DNA of 64,000 nt from positions 13,748-77,747 of the forward strand of contig JAPPAV010000120.1 in assembly GCA_026705345.1 (NCBI GenBank), read 5' to 3'. This DNA comes from Gammaproteobacteria bacterium (GTDB taxonomy: Bacteria > Pseudomonadota > Gammaproteobacteria > Pseudomonadales > Azotimanducaceae). How positions within the stretch are numbered: the first letter of the stretch is position 1; each line of letters begins with the position of its first letter. The notes below the pieces were generated by a model. The model saw only the letters and a program-made list of their open reading frames with translations, ran no database searches and was not told the origin of the DNA. Both the position numbers and the translations under genes were made by a program. Shown here in pieces: positions 27,701-36,511 of this stretch.

Positions 27701-29737
27701 ATGCTGCACCACACAAATCGAAACACGGAGACGGACATCCGCGACGCGCAAGCCGGACGGCGGGACGCGTTGCGTAACCTCGTCCTGCGATTCCAGGATT
27801 CGGTCCTGGCCTACGCCCTCTCATTGCTCGGCGACTATCACCTTGCTGAAGACGCCGCGCAGGAGTCCCTGGTGACGATGATCCGCAACCTTGGGCAGCT
27901 TCGCGAGCCTGCGGCCTTCGTCGGTTGGCTGCGCACCATCGTGTTCAAGCACTGCGATCGCATCCGGCGGCGCCGGCACGTCGAGCTTGTGCTTCCGGAG
28001 GACGAAAGTCTGATCGACCACCGCGAAACACCGGACGAGGCCAAGGCCATCGACGAGATCGGCGCCTGTGTGCAGCGCGCCGTGGCAGCGCTGCCCGCAG
28101 CCCAGCGCGAGGCGGTCATTTTGTACTACATGAGCGACATGTCGGGCCCCGATGTCGCGGCCTTCCTCGGACTACCGCTTACGACGATCAAGAAACGCCT
28201 GCACGACGCCAGATCGACACTCAAGAGGAGAATGGCAAAGATGACCGAGGACTTCCTGCACGAGAACCGACCGTCCCGGGACGACGTCTTCAGCGAACGT
28301 GTGCTGCGCCTGGCAGCGCCCGACCGCACCGTAGACGCGCCTGCGATCTACAGCCTGTTCGAAGCCGAGGATCATCCGAGCCGACGGGAGTGGCGGGCGG
28401 GACGGCTGTCGGACAGCCACGCCGACTGGGAGGTGTCGCGCGCGGCGTTCATCCGCGAGAACGGGGCGGAGAGGCTGGTGGGGGCCGTCAATGCCTACGA
28501 CCTTATGCTGCGGATCGGATCGGCGGAGGTCCGGGCATGCGGCTTCAATGGCGAGGTGCTGGATCCCGACTTCGGTAACCGCGACGACGTACTGGCGCCG
28601 GCGTACAGGGACGCGGTCCGCGCGATGCGCGAGGCGGGCTACGACATGGCGGTGACATTCGACGACGAAGCGTTCTGGCTGGGCAACGGTTTCACGCTCG
28701 GCTGGCGCGCCCTTCAGTGGCGCGTGGCGACCAGCGATCTGCCGAGCGGGACGACTCCCGATCTCGAGCGAATCGACGCCGTGCACCGGGACGACCTTGC
28801 GGCCGCGTTCAACGACAGCCACGCCGCGCTCACCGGAACCGTCCGTCGTCCGACCTATCGTCGAAACAAGCATCCGGGCTTGTTCATCGCTCACGTTTGG
28901 AACGGGCAGGGAGACAAAGGCGGATCCGCCGACGGCTATGTCAGCGTGAGCCCAGATCGTCGATTCACGTTAGCGATCAGCGAGGTGTCTCGACTCGATG
29001 CGGGGGACGCAATTGTGCTGCTCGAAGCACCCGGCTGGCCCGAGGATGTCCAGCTCGCCGATCCGGTGCTCGACGTCCTCGACGCCGGTCGCCGCTGGCG
29101 TCTCCGGTCGGACTCGACGCGGGTCATCGTGACGCGTCTGGGCGATGACCTGGAATGCGTCATCCCAAGCGACGCTTCCCTCTGGGTCGATGAAGTTGCC
29201 GGCGACGCGGACACCTGTCTCGCCGTGATCCGCGCCATCGCCGAGGCCTGGGAGTGCGACGAGGTGTTGTTCGACCGGCTGCACTACAAGAGCGCAGTCG
29301 GCACGAAACTGCGCCAGATGGGCTCTTGCCGCCTGGCGACAGGGACGCGGCTAGGAAAGGCGCGTTGGTACGTGGTGCGGATCGTCAATCTAGCGTCGGT
29401 GCTCGGCAAACTTGGTCCAATGTTGCTCGCACGGTTGATGGCTTCGCCCCTGTCGGCATGGCGCGGCTCGCTGACCATCGTCCTTCTGGACCAGGCGGCA
29501 ACCGAACGCGTAACCATCGACTTTGGCGACGAGGGAGTAACGATCTACGACGCGCCCACGATGGAATCGGACCACGCGATCATTGGCGATCAAGCCATCG
29601 CCCAGTTATTGCTGGGCTGTGAAACCGCCGACGAGATCGCGGCCGTGAACGGCATCGACGTTCGCGGGGACGCAAGGCGCCTGCTCCCGATCCTGTTTCC
29701 GGTGCAGTACCCGCAGATGGGCAACCAAGCGTTGTAG
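27701..29737 (+). CDS. ECF (sigma-70 family) sigma factor fused to a ~480-aa C-terminal Eis/GNAT-SCP2-like region
   Basis: The start was chosen at MLHHTNRN (ATG 27701). Region 2 is AEDAAQESLVTMIRNL...FVGWLRTIVFKHC and region 4 is LPAAQREAVILYYMSDMSGPDVAAFLGLPLTTIKKRLHDARSTLK. A long extension follows, and its last ~60 aa (IIGDQAIAQLLLGCETADEIAAVNGIDVRGD...LFPVQYPQM) resemble the Eis C-terminal SCP2-like module. Confidence 0.7.
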   Translation: MLHHTNRNTETDIRDAQAGRRDALRNLVLRFQDSVLAYALSLLGDYHLAEDAAQESLVTMIRNLGQLREPAAFVGWLRTIVFKHCDRIRRRRHVELVLPEDESLIDHRETPDEAKAIDEIGACVQRAVAALPAAQREAVILYYMSDMSGPDVAAFLGLPLTTIKKRLHDARSTLKRRMAKMTEDFLHENRPSRDDVFSERVLRLAAPDRTVDAPAIYSLFEAEDHPSRREWRAGRLSDSHADWEVSRAAFIRENGAERLVGAVNAYDLMLRIGSAEVRACGFNGEVLDPDFGNRDDVLAPAYRDAVRAMREAGYDMAVTFDDEAFWLGNGFTLGWRALQWRVATSDLPSGTTPDLERIDAVHRDDLAAAFNDSHAALTGTVRRPTYRRNKHPGLFIAHVWNGQGDKGGSADGYVSVSPDRRFTLAISEVSRLDAGDAIVLLEAPGWPEDVQLADPVLDVLDAGRRWRLRSDSTRVIVTRLGDDLECVIPSDASLWVDEVAGDADTCLAVIRAIAEAWECDEVLFDRLHYKSAVGTKLRQMGSCRLATGTRLGKARWYVVRIVNLASVLGKLGPMLLARLMASPLSAWRGSLTIVLLDQAATERVTIDFGDEGVTIYDAPTMESDHAIIGDQAIAQLLLGCETADEIAAVNGIDVRGDARRLLPILFPVQYPQMGNQAL

Positions 29738-29740
29738 TCC

Positions 29741-30493
29741 TCAGACGCCCTTCAATGCGTTCTCTTTGAAGGCTCTCGCGCCGGCGGCAACCCAAGGTCC
29801 CGTCGACGTGAAGAAACACCTGACGCCGATCTCCGCGAAACGCTGGACATTGTCGTTCATGCACAGCGTACCGGCGGTTCGGCCCGCGGCAACGATGCGA
29901 CGCAGCGAATCCTCGATCTTCTCCTGAACGTCCGGGTGGCCGACATCGCCGATGTGACCCATTGACGCCGCGAAGTCGGACGGCGCGACGAAGAACACGC
30001 CGATGCCGTCGACTTCGAGGATCTCGTCGAGGTTCCGCCAGGCCACGATGTCCTCGATGAGCGCGATCAGAAGCGTCTCGTCGTTGGCGCGGGCGAGGTA
30101 GTCACCGACGCCGTAGCCTTGACGGCTCGTGAACAGACCACGCTTGCCGAGCGGCGGGAACTTGCCGCCCGCAACCACGTTCTCGGCATCCGCGCGAGTG
30201 TCGACGTGGGGCACGACGATGGCTTGGGTCCCCCGGTCCAAGGTGCGGTAGATGAGGGCCTGGTCGTTGCGGTTGACGCGCACCAGCGAGGTCATTCCCC
30301 AGATGTCGCAGGCCCGGGTCAGGTTCCCGAGATCGGCGGCATCGACGCCGCCGTGCTCGCCTTCAAGCCAGATGCCGTCGAAGCCGACGGGACCGAGGGC
30401 GTCGATGTCGTCCGCGTGCGTGACGCCGCCCACGATGAACGCGGGTTCACCGGCCTCCAGTTTGCGGCGGACCCGATTGGGGCGTAGTTCCAT
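29741..30493 (-). CDS. HpcH/HpaI family 2-keto-3-deoxy-acid aldolase
   Basis: 250 aa. The motifs GFDGIWLEGEHGG, VRVNRNDQALIYRTLDRGTQAIVVPHV, PPLGKRG, IALIEDIVA and FFVAPSDFAASMG fit the HpcH_HpaI fold. Confidence 0.85.
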   Translation of the reverse strand: MELRPNRVRRKLEAGEPAFIVGGVTHADDIDALGPVGFDGIWLEGEHGGVDAADLGNLTRACDIWGMTSLVRVNRNDQALIYRTLDRGTQAIVVPHVDTRADAENVVAGGKFPPLGKRGLFTSRQGYGVGDYLARANDETLLIALIEDIVAWRNLDEILEVDGIGVFFVAPSDFAASMGHIGDVGHPDVQEKIEDSLRRIVAAGRTAGTLCMNDNVQRFAEIGVRCFFTSTGPWVAAGARAFKENALKGV

Positions 30494-30531
30494 GGGATTC
30501 CTTTTCTCGTAGGGGGCTCGGGAACGTCAGG

Positions 30532-31641
30532 CTACCACTGGATCCAACGACCGTGCGCACTGCGTAGCACGGACAGCAACCTGGTTGAACGGCCACCTTC
30601 CAGGCGGGTGGCCTCAAGGCGCTCGCCCTCCGACGAGATGTGGAATAGTGGACGCGATTGGGCTGCCGCACGCAGCAGACCTGCGAAGGACTCCCGCGCC
30701 TGCACGGGAAATTGGTTCAGCGCGTGACAATGGAACACGCAGAGCGCGGCATCGGCCGGGGCTTCGGCGACGAGGTCCGGCAGCCGCTCGAGCGCGTCCC
30801 CCGCCTCCACGCGGGGCGGTTGCTGCAGCCACACCTCCCGCGCGGACGCGAGCAGTGCGGTTCGATCCGCATGCTCGGGCCAGATCAATGCTTCGAGCCA
30901 TCGGTACTGCTCGTCGTCCGCGAGATCGATCGGATTGAGATCCACGCCCGCGGAAAAGGACACCTCGGGGAAGCTCGACGGCAACGGCGGCATCTCGCCC
31001 CGGCTTTCGCACGCGATACGCACAGGGGATCGACCGGAACCGAAGGCGGCGCCGTTGGAGTACCGGTAGTCGAACCGGTTCCACAGCAGGTTCAGTCCCG
31101 CCCCGGCACCGATGTCGATCAGGGCGAGATCCCGACCCGTCTCCCGGGCGATGACGCAGAACGCCGGCATCAGGTGCGAACACCGGCCCACCTCGTTGGT
31201 CTGCACGTTCCGCGTTCGAACGAGTTCCGCGATCCGGTGCGCGTGCGAGCGGCAGAACGCGTCAAACTCGTACGCTAGGCCTCGAGCGGGCGCGGCACCC
31301 TCGGCGGCGCGTCGGTAGTGATGTCCAAGCGGCGCATCCGGGGTGTCGGCGACAAGACGTTTGACGGCGGCAAACAGCAGATTCGGGATCGGTTGTCCAA
31401 GTCGACATTCGCGGGCCAAGGCGAGCAAAGGCCCGCGAACGGCCACGTATCGGGAGAGCAGGGCGTAGGTCGGCGAATTGACGCTCATGCCAGAACCCCC
31501 CGGTGCGCATTCGAGGTCGGCAAACGCGTTGAACCGCGCCGCCAGCGCGGAGTCCGTGCGCCGTCGCCGGTTCAGGTCGACGTGATCGCGGCCCGGGATG
31601 CCGTCGTCCGTTGGGCCGCTAACGGGATTTTCGTTCGTCAA
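30532..31641 (-). CDS. DUF2332 family protein
   Basis: 369 aa. The motifs SPTYALLSRYVA, NLLFAAVKRL, VQTNEVGRC, IDIGAGAGLNLLWNRF and GVDLNPIDL resemble DUF2332 as I recall it. The TTG start overlaps the upstream stop (TTGA). Confidence 0.6.
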   Translation of the reverse strand: MTNENPVSGPTDDGIPGRDHVDLNRRRRTDSALAARFNAFADLECAPGGSGMSVNSPTYALLSRYVAVRGPLLALARECRLGQPIPNLLFAAVKRLVADTPDAPLGHHYRRAAEGAAPARGLAYEFDAFCRSHAHRIAELVRTRNVQTNEVGRCSHLMPAFCVIARETGRDLALIDIGAGAGLNLLWNRFDYRYSNGAAFGSGRSPVRIACESRGEMPPLPSSFPEVSFSAGVDLNPIDLADDEQYRWLEALIWPEHADRTALLASAREVWLQQPPRVEAGDALERLPDLVAEAPADAALCVFHCHALNQFPVQARESFAGLLRAAAQSRPLFHISSEGERLEATRLEGGRSTRLLSVLRSAHGRWIQW

Positions 31642-32339
31642 GGCATGTAGGGCATCGGGCTCGGCCCCAACTGCGTCTCAAGCATGGGCTGAGCCATCTG
31701 CACGAACTCCGAGACCATCGGACGGCTTTCCCGCGGATCGATGATGTCCTCGATGTTGAACGCTTCCGCCGTGCGGAAGGGCGACGACAGCGCTTCGAGC
31801 TTCGCCTCGATTTCCGCCTGCTTGGCTTCGGGATCGTCGGATTCGGCGATCACCCGCCGATAGGCCGCCGAGACACCGCCCGGGGTCACCGGATTGGTGG
31901 GAATGTAGGTGCGCCCGATCTGCTCGAAGGTCTTGACGCTGCCGCCCGTGGCGTCGAGCAGTCGGATGAAAGGCAGCTTCCAATCCAACGCCATTTTCTG
32001 GGCATGGCCGCCCTTGTTGCCGATGCCGCCGTCCGACGCGCCGCCGCGCACCGTGAAGTCACCCGCCGTCAGCACCGCCTTGCGACCGTTCAGGTCGCCG
32101 AGGCCGATGATCATGTTGGAGGGGCGGACATGGACGAGCTTGTCGTTCTCGTAGGTGGCCGCCCCGGCGAGTTGGCCGATCTCCTGGAACGATCCTCCGT
32201 CGGTTATGAGATCAATACGCTCCCGAACGGTCAGCTTGCCGCGCCGTCGCTGCTCGGCAATGCCGGCCTCGCCGCCCATCTCCTCGGCGAACGCCCGCCG
32301 GCGTTTCATTTCCTCGATTTCCGGCTGCCAGACCATCAC
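31638..32339 (-). pseudogene. Acyl-CoA carboxylase carboxyltransferase (PccB/AccD5-like) remnant with in-frame internal deletion
   Basis: It is 233 aa against about 510+ aa for the family. The N-terminal ~155 aa (GKLTVRERIDLITDGGSFQEIG...DFTVRGGAS...LLDATGGS) runs straight into the family's C-terminal tail (SSPFRTAEAFNIEDIIDPRESRP). Confidence 0.55.
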
Positions 32340-32452
32340 TCGTCCTCCCCCAAGCCAAGACCGCGCACTTTAACGCATGGGAACAAGACCGCCGTCACCC
32401 CGCAGGTCATAAAACGGATGGAAACGGATGGACAAACGGATGCATTAGGCGC

Positions 32453-33541
32453 ATGCTCTATTGGATGGAAACGGATGACCAAATGGATGGGCGGTTTCGA
32501 CCATCCAAACCGCAGGTTGACAACGAGCTGCTCCGACTCGTCGCCCAGATCGACGAATTCAAAGGCGCTTGGCAGGCCATCGGACGTCTCGCGCCGGATC
32601 GGCTGGCCAGCCTTCGCCGCGTCGCCACGATAGAGAGCGTCGGCTCGTCCACCCGCATCGAAGGCGCAACGCTCGGCGATGGTGAAGTCGAGCGCTTGCT
32701 CGCCAACATCGAAATGCGGTCCTTCGCGACCCGGGACGAACAGGAGGTAGCGGGCTACGCCGACGCTATGCAGACGGTCTTCGCCCATTGGGAATCCATC
32801 GAGCCAACGGAAAACCACATCAAGCAAATCCATCTCGAACTGCTGCGCTACTCCACAAAGGACGAGCGCCATCGCGGCGAATACAAGACGCGCCCCAACC
32901 ATGTCGAAGCATTCGACCCGGACGGAAGGAGTCTAGGTATCGTGTTCGAGACGGCGACACCATTCGAAACCCCCATGCGGATGGCCGACCTCGTTGGCTG
33001 GACGCGCCGGAGACTCGACCGGCAGGACCTTCACCCCCTGCTGGCAATCGGGGTGTTCGTTGCCACGTTGCTCGCCATCCATCCCTTCCAGGACGGCAAC
33101 GGACGGCTGTCCCGGATCCTCACAACCCTGCTACTGCTCCGCAGCGGCTATGCATACGTGCCGTACAGTTCGCTGGAGAGCGCGATTGAACGGAACAAGG
33201 ACGGCTACTACCTCGCTCTCCGACAGACTCAACGCTCGCTTGGAACCGACACACCGGACTGGCAACCCTGGCTCTCGTACTTCCTGACGGCATTGCGACA
33301 GCAAAAGGACCTCCTAGGTCGGAAGATCGATCGCGAGCGGCTTCTCCTAGGCAATCTTCCCGACCTTTCCGTCCGGATCCTGGAGATCGCCCGAGAACGG
33401 GGCCGCGTCACCGTCGCCGATGCCGCCAAGGCCACCGCCACAAGCCGCAATACCGTCAAGGACCACGTCAGACGCCTAGTGACGGCGGGCCACCTCGCAA
33501 GGCACGGGGCCGGACGGGGAACGTGGTATGCGCCAGGCTGA
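32453..33541 (+). CDS. Fic family protein (AMPylase/adenylyltransferase-type), C-terminal winged-helix
   Basis: 362 aa. It has the canonical Fic motif HPFQDGNGRLSRILTTLLLL. The true start may be the ATG at 32483, because the first codons overlap a GGATG repeat array. Confidence 0.85.
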   Translation: MLYWMETDDQMDGRFRPSKPQVDNELLRLVAQIDEFKGAWQAIGRLAPDRLASLRRVATIESVGSSTRIEGATLGDGEVERLLANIEMRSFATRDEQEVAGYADAMQTVFAHWESIEPTENHIKQIHLELLRYSTKDERHRGEYKTRPNHVEAFDPDGRSLGIVFETATPFETPMRMADLVGWTRRRLDRQDLHPLLAIGVFVATLLAIHPFQDGNGRLSRILTTLLLLRSGYAYVPYSSLESAIERNKDGYYLALRQTQRSLGTDTPDWQPWLSYFLTALRQQKDLLGRKIDRERLLLGNLPDLSVRILEIARERGRVTVADAAKATATSRNTVKDHVRRLVTAGHLARHGAGRGTWYAPG

Positions 33542-33914
33542 TCGTCTTGCGATGTTGGACTCCACACCTGAGCGGGCAGCCTGGTTAGCCAGTCACCCGT
33601 TGGCGTACCAACAAATCCGCCGCGTATGTACCGTCTTCCCTCGCTTTCGCCCGGACGACGGACTCGCCGTCTACCGCCGAGCCTTTCCGTTGTGACCGCG
33701 CCACCGCCTGCTGCATCGCACGACTGAGAGCGCGCGTCGGCCGAGGCGGACCAGCCGACCACGTCGGCGTGGTTGCCACGAGGCGTCGAGTTCGTTCCGT
33801 ATGCGGTGCCGCTGTGCTGGGTCCATTCTGCCCCATCGTGCCTCCATCCCGCCGTCATTGGCGCGTTTGGGTGGACCTTTTATGGTACATTGCGGGTAAT
33901 GATCGAAGCCAAGC

Positions 33915-34247
33915 GTGTCCGCGGTGTTCTATCGCACCGAGGACGGTGCAGAACCAGTGCGTGCATGGCTGAAGTCCATGGCGAAGAAGGATCGCTTCAA
34001 GATCGGCGTAGACGTCAAGACCGTCGAGTTCGGTTGGCCGGTGGGTATGCCGCACTGTCGACCCTTGGGCAACGGGCTGCACGAAGTGCGCACCAATTTG
34101 GAGAACAGGACAGCCCGCGTTCTGTTCTTCATCGCTGACGCCCACATGGTGCTGGTCCATGGCTTCGACAAGAAAACACGCGCAACGCCGAGAGCGGACA
34201 TGGCCCTGGCATTGGACAGGAAACGCGAGTGGGAGACATCCACATGA
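33915..34247 (+). CDS. Type II toxin, RelE/ParE superfamily (HigB/Gp49-like)
   Basis: 110 aa. FYRTEDGAEPVRAWL...CRPLGNGLHEVRTNLENRTARVLFFI...MVLVHGFDKKTRATP is the phage Gp49/HigB-type pattern. The toxin-first order and ATGA overlap with an HTH gene support this. Confidence 0.75.
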   Translation: MSAVFYRTEDGAEPVRAWLKSMAKKDRFKIGVDVKTVEFGWPVGMPHCRPLGNGLHEVRTNLENRTARVLFFIADAHMVLVHGFDKKTRATPRADMALALDRKREWETST

Positions 34248-34549
34248 CCAACGGACGAAACCCCCACCTTGGCGGCACGCTCGACGAGTTGCTGGAGGAA
34301 GACGGAGCATTGGCCGATGCCCATGCGATCGCCGTCAAGCGTGTCTTGGCATGGCAGGTCGGCCAGACGATGACGGATCTGCGCATCACCAAGAGCGAGA
34401 TGGCCCGACGCATGGGGACCAGTCGCTCTGCGCTGGCCCGCCTGCTCGACCCGGAGAACCCGTCGGTGACCCTGCTGACGTTGGACAGGGCCGCGACCGT
34501 GCTCGGCAAGCGACTCACCGTCGACTTTGCCGATCGCAAGACCGCCTGA
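34244..34549 (+). CDS. XRE-family HTH antitoxin (HigA-like)
   Basis: It has the helix-turn-helix ITKSEMARRMGTSRSALARLLDPEN. Its start overlaps the toxin stop. Confidence 0.75.
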   Translation: MTNGRNPHLGGTLDELLEEDGALADAHAIAVKRVLAWQVGQTMTDLRITKSEMARRMGTSRSALARLLDPENPSVTLLTLDRAATVLGKRLTVDFADRKTA

Positions 34550-34555
34550 GCGGGT

Positions 34556-35251
34556 ATGCGTAGACCAAGCGGACGTTTTGCGCCCGGAGTAAGACCCGTG
34601 GGCTACGACCCGGCATTCCCGCGGACACACTACGATGGTGTGGCCGACAAGGAGTGGAACCGGCTGACACGCAACCGGCGGGGTGAGCTCAACTTTCTCG
34701 TGCACATGGACGTGTTGCGGCAGCACATCACGGCCGACATGGATGTGCTGGAGATCGGGGCCGGGGCCGGCATCTACACCAAAGAACTGGTGCACATGGC
34801 GCGGCGGCTCGTTGTATCGGACCTCTCCGAGGTGCAACTCGCCCTAAACCAAGACCATATGCGCGATCTCGGCGTTCTCGACCAGGTGGATGAATACCGG
34901 GTCTTGGATCTTGCGGACTTGAGTGCACTCGACGCGGCATCGTTCGGCGCTGTGGTCTGCGTGGGCGGTCCCTTGAGCTACCTGCTCGACAAGGAGTCCG
35001 CCGGTGTACGCCAAATCCTGCGGGTCTTGAAATCTGGCGGCATCGCGGTGGTCGGCGTCATGTCGCTGATCAATACCCTGGTGCTTTTCATGGGCATGCT
35101 ACCCGCGGAGAAGGAGGCCAATGGAATCGACAACCTGCGCTGGATGCTCGAAACCGGATTCCAGGACCGCGAACACAGCCATCAGACCGAACACTACTGC
35201 CACATGATGACGAGTGGCCGTTGCCACGGCCGCACCCTCCGTTCGTCGTGA
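34556..35251 (+). CDS. Class I SAM-dependent methyltransferase, 3' end apparently truncated or replaced
   Basis: It has motif I (VLEIGAGAGIYT), then LVVSDLS and VVCVGGPLSYL. The reading frame runs into an out-of-frame PhyH-like gene fragment at about 35190-35250. Confidence 0.6.
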   Translation: MRRPSGRFAPGVRPVGYDPAFPRTHYDGVADKEWNRLTRNRRGELNFLVHMDVLRQHITADMDVLEIGAGAGIYTKELVHMARRLVVSDLSEVQLALNQDHMRDLGVLDQVDEYRVLDLADLSALDAASFGAVVCVGGPLSYLLDKESAGVRQILRVLKSGGIAVVGVMSLINTLVLFMGMLPAEKEANGIDNLRWMLETGFQDREHSHQTEHYCHMMTSGRCHGRTLRSS

Positions 35252-35313
35252 ACGTCGTGATCGCCGTCGACGACTTCACCCAGGAGAACGGTGCCACGGT
35301 GTTGGTTCCCGGT
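35194..35313 (+). pseudogene. PhyH-family dioxygenase fragment (upstream piece, 5'-truncated and cut by the Mu-type insertion)
   Basis: The frame of track ORF 35221..35421 reads LLPHDDEWPLPRPHPPFVVNVVIAVDDFTQENGATVLVPG. This is the HxD...DDFTxENGAT...PG(SH) core of PhyH proteins, and it stops making sense at 35314. Confidence 0.7.
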
Positions 35314-35365
35314 ACGATGCCGACAAATATTTTGCAGCACGACAGACAACTACGTTGCAGCAAAT
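35314..35365 (+). repeat. Left terminal inverted repeat with two putative transposase-binding sites
   Basis: TTGCAGCA occurs at 35332-35339 and 35355-35362. The first site lies 18 nt from the terminus. Confidence 0.75.
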
Positions 35366-35429
35366 CAGGTGAGTCTTGGAGCGCAGTAACGGGCCATCTT
35401 GGCCCACAGAACGGGGTATAGTCTGCGCC

Positions 35430-35936
35430 ATGCCCGCACGGTCGAAAATCGGTCGGCTCCCGCAAAACGTCAGGGCGCGCCTCGATGCCCGGCTCATGGC
35501 GACCGGCTTCGGGCAACACCAGCAACACGCCGAATGGCTCGCCGAGCAGGGACACCCCGACATATCGCGCGCCGCCGTTCAGCGGCACTCGGCAGCGCTC
35601 GCGCGACGTGTCGAAAACATCGACGCGGCGACCCGCAAGGCGACGGCGTTCATCGACGCCACGAACGACGACCACGGCGCGCTGGCGGAGGCATCGCTGC
35701 GCCTCATCCAGGACAAGATACTCGAACTGATGATGGCGGGCGAAACGCTCAGCCCGCGCGACGCGTCGCTGGCCGCCAATGCCCTGGCCAAAGCGGCGCG
35801 GGCGTCGACCGCCATCCAGCGCGAACGCCGCAAGACCCTGCGCGAAGCGGCGCAGCGGGCCGTCGCCGCAGGCCGGGAGCACGGCATACCGCGCGACTTC
35901 GAGGGCGTCATGCGCCGCGCCATCGAAGGCGGCTGA
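35430..35936 (+). CDS. DUF3486 / phage Mu gp27-like protein (putative small terminase-like DNA-binding protein)
   Basis: MPARSKIGRLPQNVRARLDARL...HAEWLAEQGHPDISRAAVQRHSAAL matches the conserved N-terminus of DUF3486 (Mu gp27) proteins as I recall it. The start was chosen at ATG 35430. Confidence 0.65.
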   Translation: MPARSKIGRLPQNVRARLDARLMATGFGQHQQHAEWLAEQGHPDISRAAVQRHSAALARRVENIDAATRKATAFIDATNDDHGALAEASLRLIQDKILELMMAGETLSPRDASLAANALAKAARASTAIQRERRKTLREAAQRAVAAGREHGIPRDFEGVMRRAIEGG

Positions 35937-36115
35937 ACCGGACCTGAACGCGGGCCGCCGAAGGCCCTTGACACCCCGCGCGCGCGGGCGCAAAGTCGGG
36001 GTTATGAGATCGTTCATTACTCCCTCCAATCTCTTGCACCGGCCCGCCGTTCGGGAACACGAACGGTCTCATAACCCGTTTCCGTTCGGTCGGGTCGGTG
36101 CAGGAGTCCTAGACA

Positions 36116-36511
36116 ATGGAAAAAAACAACCCCTTCGCCCAACCGCGCGAACCCAATCAGTCGGGCCTCGCGGCCCGCGCCCACGAGACGCTGCGCTGCA
36201 TCTTCCCCGAAGACTTCGCGCCGACGCCGGGCAACATCTTCAACGCGGCGGGACGGACGCGAGCCGTCGCGCAACTGCTGTTCAACGCGATCCGGGGCGA
36301 GAGCTTCGTGCCAGCCGAGCAGGAGGAAGACAACGAAATCCTGCAAGGTATCGCGGACGGTCTTCGCGTGCTGGCGGGCATCGCGGAGGTGCAGGCGTCG
36401 GTGCTGTGGGAAGTCACGCTGAGCGGGGTTGACAACGATAGCGCCCGCGCGCTGCTGGCCGACACGCTAGCGCCCAAGGAAGCCGACCAGGACAAGGAAG
36501 CCGACCGATGA
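36116..36511 (+). CDS. Hypothetical protein (acidic, element-borne)
   Basis: 131 aa with coding-like composition. Its stop overlaps the transposase ATG (ATGA). I recognise no family. Confidence 0.5.
   Translation: MEKNNPFAQPREPNQSGLAARAHETLRCIFPEDFAPTPGNIFNAAGRTRAVAQLLFNAIRGESFVPAEQEEDNEILQGIADGLRVLAGIAEVQASVLWEVTLSGVDNDSARALLADTLAPKEADQDKEADR

Noticed and set aside
33542-33914. The gap between fic and the HigB-like gene, including minus ORF 33229-33858 (209 aa) and plus ORFs 33769-33972 and 33773-34138.
   Set aside because: None of them has a recognisable motif. The minus ORF overlaps the fic 3' end and is Arg/Gly/Trp-rich. I left the gap unannotated, and it may hold a decayed gene.
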